DNA of 64,000 nucleotides from Rhizophagus irregularis (Eukaryota): NCBI RefSeq assembly GCF_026210795.1, contig NC_089432.1, positions 4,402,001 to 4,466,000 of the forward strand, read 5' to 3'. Shown piece by piece: positions 28,084 to 39,583 of this stretch (position 1 is its first letter; each line of letters starts with the position of its first letter). The notes under the pieces were generated by a model. It saw only the letters and a program-made list of their open reading frames with translations, ran no database searches and was not told where the DNA came from. The position numbers and the translations under genes were made by a program.

Positions 28084-31049
28084 ATTGAATAGTAATAATT
28101 TGACAGAAAGGTGTTAAAACGATAAGTTTGAACGATCAAAGTTATTAAAAGAAAAAAAAATTTTTTTTTACTATACAAGTATTTTCTATGCAATTTAATT
28201 TCCGAAAGTCGTACAGTGTCACTGTCACAAACAAATGTCAATCACTTGGTTTTAGCCGCAGTACCGCAGTAATCGCAGTATTTATACATTACAAAGTGAA
28301 AAGTTAACTTGTTTTTAGAAAAAAATAGAACCATAATCCATATTTTATGAGGATAAAGTAGTATTACAAGTCCAGGTAAATTAATTTTCAATTATATGTA
28401 AGTTTATTGTCCATGAATTAATCAACATGAACATTTTAATAGGACGGAGTTGATAAAATAATTTTAAATTCATATAGTGTCATATTATTAGATACAATAA
28501 ATCTGATTTAGCTGATTTATAAAATTATAAAAATGACTTTTAATTTTCTCATTTAAAAAGTTATAAAGTAGTAATTTAGCAAATATATATGAAATTTAAT
28601 TAATTCAAGATAAGTAATTTTTTCAGATCTTATATGTAGAATTTTTGTAATATTTCTATCAATTTATCAACCAGCTTATGATGCAGTGCACAAGCCTAAC
28701 TATATCGATCATTTGGATGGCTGTAGCGTTGTATGACAAAGATTAACGTAAAGCAGTTCCTTGATATCCAACAAGGAAATCAAATTATGAGAACAAATTG
28801 CTTGATATAATTTAAACATTTTCGAGTAGAGCATTAAAAGTCTATACAACTATTAATTTTTATGGCTATTAAATGTTTAAATATTCAGTATGAATAACTA
28901 TGATTATACGTTATTCACATAAATTCATGCAGATTTAACATATTTTGGTCGGTTGTCTCATATTACAATAATAAAATTATTGATATTTTACCATGGCCCA
29001 TCAAATCTACTATGTAAAAACATTTGTCATTTTCATAGTTAATTCATTTATTTACAAATATTTCTATAAACAAATATAAGGACTTAAAAAGTGGTGTGCT
29101 TAATTTTTAGTAAAATTTTAGATTTTTTCACAACTTATCAGGTTAAAATCTTTACTTTCTAATTCCATTATTGCATCAATATCTTTAGAATTAAAATTAA
29201 TTGATACTTTATTGTTTTCAGAAATAATACTAATTTCTGAATTACTTAATCATTCATCTAGTACATATTTTCAACATTCTATTTAATAAATAAATATCAG
29301 CTTAGATTATAAAAAAAATAAAAATCATATATATATTTATAATAATAACTGAAAGAAAAACGAATTTACCATTTGTGTTTGATTGGGATAAGATTTTCAC
29401 CTATATTACTGAGAATATCAAAACATTTTTAAAAGATCAATTATTGTTTCAAAATCAAAAGGTAATAAAAAGTATTATGCCATGTTACCCACGTAGTTTA
29501 AAAAACTTCTTAATAACAATCATGCATTAAAATATTTTTGGGATGCTAAATAAATATTTTTTATTAAGATATTTTATATTAAATATATAATAATAAATTT
29601 AATAACTAATTTATAATGTATATCCTTTGATAAGACAGATAAGAGTAGTAATCATACAGAGAATATTTCCTTTCTTCTCATTTTCCTTATTTTCATTTCT
29701 CTGTTCTTCTGTCAGAACATTTGCATATCATGAGCATTCATTATTTACCTGTTGTGAAAAGGGAAATTGATTTTGAGTAGTAGTTCGAGGATAAAGATTT
29801 ATTGAAATTTTTAAATATTCTGAATTTACCATAACATTACTTTTATTTAGATATTACAACAAATTTAGAATAAGCTGCTATGATATGATGATCGCCAACT
29901 CCAATGCCTATTTCTACTGTTATACCATCAAATACTCCTACAGCAGACATTATAATTAAATACAAAAAATGTTTCAAATATAAGATTAGTGATAAAATTA
30001 TATTAGTGATATTAATAATACGGTAATTGTTAGTTTCCACGTGGTTTAATACAAAATCCTATTACCAAAGAAGAATGAAAAAATGGAAAAATTATATGAC
30101 CAAAAGAGGACTGGAAAGATTTTCTCTATTTATCATATGATACATATTGGACTTATCGGGCAAGTATTAATTTTACATTTTGAGAAGTCTTCGTGATAAC
30201 TGAAGCTAAGTGCTATTTGTGAAAAAGGAAAATACGCATCAGAACAAACTTTGGGTAAAATTCAAAATGTCATTAATAATATAAGTTATATATTTATATC
30301 ATCCATATTCTTAAACTTAACTAACTTTCTAAACTGTTATTTAGTTTAAAACCGATTTTCCAACATTTCCTATTGACTTTGTTTTGCAAAAAATGACTGA
30401 AGATATCGTTGGAAATTAGGGTAATTATTTAGTACGTTATTATTATGTACAATTTTATCTGATATTAATATAAATTTTATAGCTGAAACTGAACACAAGA
30501 GAAAAGTTAAAGAAGCTCATTTACAAGGTATTGATCCACCTTCCAAATGAAAAAATATCACTCCCCTAATCTAAAACTCAAGAAAACAAGGCCAAATTCA
30601 TGAGCACCAATTCCTGATAAATCATCATCAAGTATTGATATTAATGTCCAATTGTCCTCACCCGAAGTTATTAAGGAGAAATCTGCATCAATTCCTTCTA
30701 AATAATTATTGAAGCATCTTCAAATGTAATTCTTACTGAAAGAAGAGCTGATGTTCAATTAGTAACTTCACAAATACAAGAGGATTCAAGAAATTCTGGT
30801 AAATTTATTTTTTGTTAGTGTTTATAATATTTATAATATTACAATTTATAATTTAATAAATATAGGAGGCAATAAAAGTTCAACTATAATGACGAGATCA
30901 AGTTTAACAAAAGAAAAAAACAACTAATAACCAAATTGCTACTCGCAAGAATCAAAGAAAGCAAAAAGATAGAATATTATTATTCATATACTCATAGATA
31001 AGTACTTTCAGATAATATCTAGAAAATATAAATATAAATAAAAAGTACT

Positions 31050-31294
31050 TGTAATCTGTAATATTCAATAAAATTTTTTTCTGAGTACTTTCGGATAATA
31101 TATATTGTAAAACATCTGACAATATTCCGGTTATATTCATAAAATTTACCGAGCAATTTTGGGTAAAATCTGTAATTATCATTCTGAAAAATGATCACTT
31201 TCCGTAGTAAAATCGGATAATAAAAATTGGAAAATTTTCGGAATACATAAACCAGATAAAATCGGAATACATCCAAAAAAAATTTTTTATAGGG
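31050..31294. mobile_element. Orphan right end of a CCCTATAAAAAA-type (CMC/EnSpm-like) element
   Basis: Ends ...ATCCAAAAAAAATTTTTTATAGGG, like the right end of the 60311-61717 element; CGGA/TCCG subterminal repeats; no left end found. Confidence 0.45.
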
Positions 31295-33669
31295 TTAACT
31301 ATTGAACAAACTTAAAGAAGTCCTTAATCAACCCAATCCTCAAAATTTTAGAATTAGAACCAATTTTAACTAAAGGTGTAAAAGGCACGTAAGAAAATGT
31401 CATTAGAACCATTATAGCCTAGAGAAAGAATACAGAGAATTACAGATTGTGATAAGCAACCTTAGAAAATATAGAGAACCAGTTGAATGTTTTAAACATT
31501 CTGCTATTACTTATCATTTCCAATATAATTGTAATAAATCAAAATGTACAAAAATGTGGATCATGGGGACATAGCAAAGAAATGTGCAATGATAAATTAT
31601 ATTATTGGAATTGTATAAATGTGATGGAAAAATTGTAAAAGACAAAGATCAGAAGCCCAAGCAAGGCAACCACTATTGCACTTGTCAAAAACCAGTCATC
31701 TTTTATGATGCTTATAGCAATTATAATATCAGAAAATTGAGATGTAATGAATGTTATAAAAGGAATAACAGCAACAAAAGACAACATTCCCCAGATACTG
31801 ATGAAGGAAATAAGAAACCCAAATTCAACATACCAGAAGCAGAAGATCCAATGGAAGAAATGGAATTAAACCCACAAAAACTCAACAAAGGAAAGAAAAA
31901 AATATAATATTCTAAAGTTAAATGCATGAATTGTAGTAGAGAAAAAAGTACTACTAATTATATTAATAGTTTAGGCATTTGTCCAAAATGTGATGAAAAA
32001 AGAGTGAGATTAGAGTTAACAGGAAGTACATCCTGTATAAAATCTTGTACAATTTGTCAATTAAGAATGAATGGCTTTGAATCAAGGTCATCAGAAGCCA
32101 TAGTTTGTGGAGAAGAATATAATAGTGTATTAACTATTATGAATATGGTACATAAAGATAAATCAGGAAAACTCCAACCTCAGTTGATACAAGAAAAATT
32201 AAGGATCTGGATAAACAAGTTTGGATATGATTCAGAAGATGAAAATGAGAGCAAGATAAATTTAATAAAATATTTGAAAAGATACAAAAATATCTTAATG
32301 AAGAATTTAAGGAGAAGTTGTTCGTTGAATACACAAAGAAAAAATCAAAAATGTTTTAGATAACATAGTTCCTTTAAAGATAACAAGCAAATATGATAAC
32401 TGAACACATACTAAAAGAAAGTAATTTAACCCAAACTGAACCCATTAAAACTATTGATGATACCATTGAATGAACTGAAGAGATTAAACAATCATAAGAA
32501 TTGAATAGAGAATTTACATGGCCAGAAGGAGAGACTATAGAAGACCCCATCTTTGAAAGAAATGAAATTCAAGAAGTAAATTCTATTGATAATAGAATAA
32601 TTGAACTTTAGAGTCATATTGCAAAATTAGAAAATGAAAATGAAATAAAAAATCAATTAAATGAAGGATTAAGAGGACAATTAAAGGAAACCCAAACTCA
32701 ACTTAGTGAAACTGCAAGAAGATGCAATTAAAATGCAATTATGGTAATGGATGCCCAAGAATGGATAAAATATTTCAAAATTAAATATGAAAGAAGGAAC
32801 AAGCATGTAAATGAGTTGGGTAATATTTTGTTAACAAAATATGTTTAACAAAACTAATGATTTAAAAGATAAAATAGAAGAGTTAGAATAAGAAATAACT
32901 TTTGAAAATGAAATATTTAATCAAATAATAGAACTTAACATGACAATTAGCTCAGATATAAATATAGAATCTTTCATGGAAAACATAGAACTTTTAAAAT
33001 GTTAATTAATTTTCTTTTATAAATAGAGCCCAATTTTACAACCCCAAAACTCAAATTTTAAAATGAAACTAAAATATGTGAAAATAAAAGATAACTGGCA
33101 TTTTAATTCTTATACTAAAAACCCAAACCTTGAATTTAAATATTTTACAGATAACAAAGTGATGTTACTTAAATTAGGAGAAGAAACTAAAGAAATTTTA
33201 TTAAAACAAATTAATAAGAAGATCCAACTCATCTTAATAATAATCGATGGAGTAGATGGTGTAAAAAAAACTACTATAGTAAATAATATAATTAAGAAAA
33301 TTGAAGCCCAAAACCTTAAGATTATTTTTAATACTTTCAAGAGAAGAAGAGGTGATAATAAATTATTTGAAACCCATCCATTAAATATGAATAGTAGATG
33401 TTTCATAAAAAAGTAGTTGAACAAATTAATAAGAGATTAGTAATATATACTAATGAAGATATAATTATAGTAGTTAAATCTAAAGTTCCAAATGGGTCAG
33501 GTCAGGTTAGGTTATATCAGATTATCTGTTTGACCTGACCTGAACTGAAACCTGAAAATTTTCAGGATTTTTATTAAAATATCAAAAAAAATGGTACAAA
33601 ACATTTTTTTTGAAAATATTGCAACTTACTTTTTTTATATAAAATCAATATAAAAAAAGCGAATTCCGA

Positions 33670-34653
33670 TGTAACTCTAAATATCAAGATAATCATGTGA
33701 TTGGAAGAATAACTACCTGAAGGATGAATAATATACCGAATGGAATATGGATAAACATTCAGCCAATGGAAGAATATTTAACCAAAATAATTAGAAAATA
33801 CATTATTATAGTTGTACAATAGTTAGTAATATTTATTTATAGTTCAGTTATGAACTATGAAGTAAGTATGGGGACACACCGTCTTATTATACCGGATATA
33901 GGTCTGTGATAGATTTAGTCACAATCATCTCACGTGTGAATTTTGACGCGTCCTTGATAATTATTTATATTATTAGATTAGTTATTATTAGTTTAGTATA
34001 AATAGATTATTATCACATTAATGAAATGATATAATATTAGGAGGACTTTGACAATTTAATTTATGGAATGGACAAATTATGGATAATACCAAATTATGAT
34101 AAACAGTTTGAACAAAGTCATGGAAGATGATAAATTGTAATGGAAAATGATAAATTGTAATGGAAGATGATAAATTGTAATGGAAAATGATAAATTGTAA
34201 TGGAAAATGATAAATTGTAATGGAAATGATAAATTACAAATGGAAATGTTAAGTTTTAAATGGATAATCAAGAGATAATCAATTTATCGCAGTAACTTGA
34301 AAAAATATTTAAGATCAAGGTTTTGGAGTTAATTGAACGATACCAAGTTTCGACTTGGAATTGGGAATAATATTGGGGATTTAGGAAAATATAATGATAA
34401 TTAATAATTGTATTAGTTATTAATATAGAGTTACTAATATGGCTTCATATTAGAAAATGTTTATTAATTGATAAAATTAATATTTGAAATAAAAATTAAT
34501 AAAACAAAATAATGAAGTTATGAAAGCATTAAGGGAAATTATCGCAGTTTGAAATTTTGAATAAATTAAAATGATAAAATCTAAACCAAGCAAGGAGATA
34601 TATTTATAAATGTTAGGATTTCGTCTATCAGTATGTGGCAGGTGCCAGTGACA
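33670..34653. mobile_element. Solo-LTR-like element nested in the hAT element
   Basis: TGTAAC...GTGACA termini; flanks CCGA / CTGA (4 bp, one CpG-type transition). Confidence 0.55.
34121..34250. repeat. 20-bp tandem repeat TGGAARATGATAAATTGTAA, about 6 copies
   Basis: Units start at 34121, 34141, 34161, 34181, 34201 and 34221. Confidence 0.95.
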
Positions 34654-34892
34654 CTGATACCGCAATTCACTTTTTATATATAAAATCAATATAAAAAAGT
34701 GAATTATAATACCATCACTTATATTATATAAATCATAGTTTCAGGTCAACAGGTTATTCAGGTTATATTGATGTTACAACCTGAACTGATGCTAAATTGC
34801 AATTGCTAAACCTGATCTGATAAATTCAGGTCAACCTGTCAGGTTACCTGAATTTGGTCAACCTGTTCGGAACTCTAGTTAAATCTCCATAC

Positions 34893-35433
34893 TAGGGATG
34901 GCAATGGTCGGTCATGGTCAGTCATCGGTCAGTTATAACCTATCAGGAACCTTTGACCGACTGACTGACCGTTTGACCGACCATTTGACCGATCTAACCA
35001 CTGACCACTTTCGCAATATTTTTGGTTAAAAAAGTTTGCAAAAACTTTTTTATTAAATTTAAATTTCTATTTTTATTTAAAAATATTGCAAAACATTTTT
35101 TTTATTAGATTACTTATTAAAAAACATTTTCACAACATTTTTTGTTAAATCAATTAAAAATGTTTGCGAAACCTTTTTTTATGAAATACTTAATAAAACG
35201 TTTTCGCAACATTTTCTATTAAAATAATTAAAACCTGTTTGCAAAAAAATTTCATATTAAAAGACATTTCGCAAATATTTTCAGGATCTGTTAAACAGTC
35301 AGTCAAACAGTCAGTTAAATGGTCAGTCAGACCGGTCAGTCAAACGGTCAGTCAGAGGTCTTTGACTGACCGATATTGGTCACGGACATGACCGGTCATA
35401 ACCAGTTAATGACCATGACCGTTGCCATCCCTA
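34893..35433. mobile_element. hAT-like MITE
   Basis: TIR TAGGGATGGCAATGGTC / GACCGTTGCCATCCCTA; perfect 8-bp TSD CTCCATAC (34885-34892, 35434-35441); TGACC/GGTCA repeats. Confidence 0.92.
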
Positions 35434-35789
35434 CTCCATACTGTGAATATTTCTATCAAAAAACAAGTAGTTTTCAATAAAACCTTTTAAAAATTTTAGA
35501 ATGGAACAAGAAATTTTCAAATATAAAGATATAATTTATAATGTAATACTTATATTTCCAGAAAATGATGCACGTTGGAAAAATTATATAGGAAGAGAGC
35601 TTGATGGAGGACATAAATCATCATATGATGATACACTTAAAGAAAACAAATATATTGAAGTGGTCAAACATTTTTATAAATTAACATAAGTAAATCCTTT
35701 TTTCCAGGTTGTCAGTTGTCGATCATCACAAATATTACTCACTAGCAAAGAAAGGCCTAAAAATATATTATAATGCCCATTTAAAACTA

Positions 35790-36730
35790 AATGATTATCT
35801 TTATTCAGTTGGTTAATAGTTGAAAGGACCTTGAAAGGTTTGTCATGTAGAATAATAGAAATCAATTTAAAATTAATAAATCTTCTATTCCTAGAACATT
35901 TTTACATTTCAAAAGTATGGTTGTGTAGAAGATTTATCATTAGAATCAGGACGATCAAAAATTCTTAAAGTTGAAGATACAAAATACTTAGAAAGCCTTT
36001 TAAAAGAAAAAGTAGATTATTATTTGTGGGAACTACAGTCTGAAATGGAGTTATGATTAGACCACCAAATTGGTTATTATATACAATATGAAAAGCCATA
36101 CATCAACCTGGTTATACACATAAACAGGTAAAATTTATACATACTGTTTATATTCATTTCCTTCCAATGGGGGAAGTTCCTTACTATGGTTCTGCCTACC
36201 TGAGGAAAAATAAGTACTCGGTAGTGTGGTTACCTCTTAGGGATGTTAGGGATACAGGCAGACCTAACCCTCACATAGGGGGTGGGGATGGATTAGATTG
36301 CCTTTAAATGTAGATTCATAGTTTATTATTTATTTTTAGTTGTCTAAACCACAAAAGAGCATAATGAAAATGAGAGATTAAATTTTATAACACACATGTC
36401 ACAATATTCTACATTCCAGCTAGTATTTTCTGATGAGTCGGCTTATGATAGAAGACTTCATTATCATTATGGATGGAATTTTAGGGGGAGACATGCATGT
36501 AAACCTACATTTTTATCTGTGGAAAAAGATATACCATAGAAGGAGGATTATGTCTTAATGGTCTTTTAGCTTATATGATTCAAGAAGGGCCCATGAATAG
36601 CACTGATTATAATTATTTTGTTGAGCATATTTTGGTAATTATTAATATAATTGTTTTTTTTTAGTAACTATATATAATGGTAAAATATTCATCAAAGATT
36701 CCTAAGATGAATGCATATCCAGGTCCCTAA
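35790..36730 (+). pseudogene. Degenerate intron-containing IS630/Tc1-type DDE transposase
   Basis: LESLLKEKVDYYLWELQSEM, GYTHKQ, QLVFSDESAYDRR (first catalytic D), GLLAYMIQEGPMNSTDY, PKMNAYPGP; truncated before the second D; stops and frameshifts. Confidence 0.75.
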
Positions 36731-37048
36731 ATCTTGCAAATTATTTATGTGAAATTAATTTATTTATTTAATTATTTAGATGAAAATACTAACAAAAGTT
36801 AAATGAAATCCTTGAAAGTGAAGGTTCACAATAATGAAATGCTAGTTAATGAAGGTTTAAATAATTAAAGATTAGATAAATACTATGATATATAAAAAAA
36901 TTAATTTTGCAAATTAATTAGTAACTTTATTTATTTAATCATTTATATATTAAAACAGATGAAAATTGACTAATTGTTTGTGTTTTTAAAAAAAAGATTT
37001 ATAGTTGATATTTGATATCATGCATTTAACAGAAATTATTCTTTATTT

Positions 37049-37262
37049 TATTCTTTTTGGATTTATTTAAACACTAAGGTTAGAGTACTAGTAAAATATT
37101 TTACAAGATTCTTAGTTTGTAATTTAAATAATTCCTTTTTTTTTATATTTTATCCAAATATTAAACATTGTATTCTTTTTTTAAGAATTATTTAAACACT
37201 AAAGCTAGAGTAGTAAATATTTTACAAATTTCTTAGCTTGTAATTTAAATAAATCCTTTTAT
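37049..37262. repeat. Two-copy direct repeat, period ~122 bp
   Basis: TTATTTAAACACTAA...TAGAGTA...ATATTTTACAA...TTCTTAG.TTGTAATTTAAATAA.TCCTTTT occurs twice. Confidence 0.8.
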
Positions 37263-37638
37263 TTATAACTTTTCAACTATTAAATATAAATTATTAAGAT
37301 AATAAGTATATAAAACCATTCCTAATGTATAAAATTAAAAATAAATAATGAAATTTTTTTTTTATTTTTATTTCAAGAATTGATTGTATTTAATTTATAT
37401 TGCTGACTTTTATTTTAGTATGATTTAAATATTTTGGGTTAATGTAAGGTACTACACCAAAAATATCTGCTGGTTTATATGACAAATAAGTAAGTCACTG
37501 ATCATATATAGTGCACATCACCATCACCTTTTAGTCTTTATGACATATGATATATATCTTAATTTTCATTTCTGCAAAAAAAAATTGCTTCTTTTTCTAA
37601 TAATTTGTGAAAACTATTCATTTGCATAAAAATCATAA

Positions 37639-39583
37639 ATGGCTTCTGCTCGTAAAGAAATTGGAATCACATATGATGACTTATTGGCTTATATTGTTGT
37701 CAATCCTAATAAAGTAACCGAAATTGAAGAAACCCTCGGATATGGTAATGATAGCGTTAAGCTCAAATACTTGAGAAAATTGTTATCTTCTAATATTGTT
37801 TTCAAGTATGCCTGACTTTGTCATTCCGTCTGCCAATAATATCAAATACTTACTACTTATTCTTGTGCTTTTCTTTCCTCCTGCTTATCATCAAACCTTC
37901 ATGTTATCATAGAGCAATCCATTGCTGGTAAGTGAGTTGTAATGAATTAGTCAATGTGAGTGAACGCAACCTAGCTTGATTTTCTTCTACGATAATATCG
38001 AATATTCTGCTTTCAAATCTCTAACCAGTAATATTAAATTCTTTTGTAGGTAATTTTCCTAATGTAGCTTCCCTACAGAAAGAAATTGAGGATCTTAGTC
38101 TTAGAGCGGAAAGTGGTTTTAAGAAGGTACACCACCTTGTGGAAATATCGAGCCTTTCATCAGGTATGTTTTTCATCTGGTCCATCAATCATTTCTACAA
38201 ACACCATTAACGTTTTGTGTAGGTTTTGTACCGGAAACTGAATTGGGTAAAGAAGTAATAGACAATGGAACAGAAATTACCTTCCCGCTCAACATAACGC
38301 AAAGTATTAAAGGACGTGCACTTGGAAGGTTTTCAGAAACACCTGGTAGAGATGCAAGTGAAAAAGAAATACAAGATTACTTTATGAGCGAATGTTATGA
38401 ACTAGAAAATTATGAACCTATAAAAAAAAAGCTTAAGCTTATTGTTAAAGATACACGCCGATCACTGGTATTAGGAACTCGGAAACCAGATTTTGTATTT
38501 ATTCAAAAAAATACAAATGTAGATTACTTAAATATTATGGCCGTTGGTGAGGTAAAGAAACAATCTGGTGAAAACTTTAGCAACGCGCAAATAGGACAAG
38601 CAATATCATTTGGTGAAAAACTACTTCAACTTCAACCACGGCGAAGTTCTGTTTTAGTACTTTTGACAAATTGTATTATCATTAATATTTATAGGGTGAC
38701 TAGGGTTGATTTTGATCAACAGACCCGGTACAAATATGAATTTGTGCCACCCCAGCCTTTATTATATAACTCTAATAGAAGTGACAATGGATGGAAATAC
38801 CTGGTAACAATTATGGAAAGCTCTCCTCAAGACTTGGGATGGGTTGAACCATCATTGAAATTTGGTAGTAACACTGTAATACTGACTCGACCTATTAGTA
38901 TGGGTAGAACAAGTGTTGTTTATGAAGGAAAACATAATGGTAAATCTGTGGCTGTGAAAATGGCGAAGAAGACAAATTATTATTCTTATTTTGATAGAGA
39001 AAGAAGAGTATTGGAAAATCTGTCAAGTTTGGAATCACCTCATATTCCAAAAATCCTTTTTTACAACGATGATACCCTTGTCATGACTCCACTTGGTGAG
39101 AAAATTAATAATTTGCGAAAGAAAGATGTCAGAGATATCATTACCACCCTCCAAAATGTTCATTCACTTGGTATTATACATAGAGATCTTAGGAAATTCA
39201 ACTTTCTTCGTAATTTAAATGATTTAAATAGTAATATTCTTATTGTCGACTGGGGTTATAGCACGAATAATTCTGAAAGTACCTTACCATTTGCAGGGGC
39301 ATTGGAGTGTATGCCGGACTATGTCCTGCAATCATTAATTAACGAGGAAGAGATTACTTATGAACCACAGGTTGATTTAATCTGTTTCGTGCGATCATTT
39401 TACCTAATGCTTCATAAGCCATCATTAACCTTTGGTAAAGATGATGATATCAAACAACGAGCAAGCGTGTTGTTAAATTTCTGGAAAGATTGTAGACGAT
39501 CAGATATATGGGATAATGTTTATAATACAATAGAAGCCTCAGACTACGAGCAATTAATTCAACATCTTGAAGAATTGTTTTAG
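37639..39583 (+). CDS. PD-(D/E)xK-like domain fused to a protein kinase (Crinkler-related/FunK1-like architecture)
   Basis: Main exon 38223-39583: RKPDFVF...GEVKK, then MGRTSVVY, VAVK, HRDLRKFN, DWG; upstream exons 37639-37805, 37913-37927 and 38050-38163 are tentative (phase mismatch after exon 1). Confidence 0.75.

Larger units (their letters stand above)
33481..34877. mobile_element. hAT-like non-autonomous element (contains a nested solo-LTR-like insert)
   Basis: TIR TAAAGTTCCAAATGGG / CCTGTTCGGAACTCTA; 8-bp TSD GTTAAATC (33473-33480, 34878-34885); TCAGG/CCTGA subterminal repeats. Confidence 0.85.
31295..35689 (+). pseudogene. Decayed unit: CCHC zinc knuckle, Cys-rich and coiled-coil ORFs, then a thymidylate/NMP-kinase-like P-loop ORF split by insertions
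   Basis: CTK/CGSWGHSKEMC (31545-31587, 1-nt frameshift); IIIDGVDGVKKTTIV in ORF 33063-33416; removing the two hAT insertions gives IIIVVKSPYCEYFYQKT, continuing to 35689. Confidence 0.6.

Noticed and set aside
29250..30950. Exon-like fragments on both strands
   Set aside because: Too degraded to assign
34121..34250. Regular short repeats as a CRISPR array
   Set aside because: Head-to-tail 20-mers with no spacers, eukaryotic context, no cas genes
36199..36215. CTGAGGA as a hammerhead ribozyme core
   Set aside because: No stem II followed by GAAA in the required arrangement
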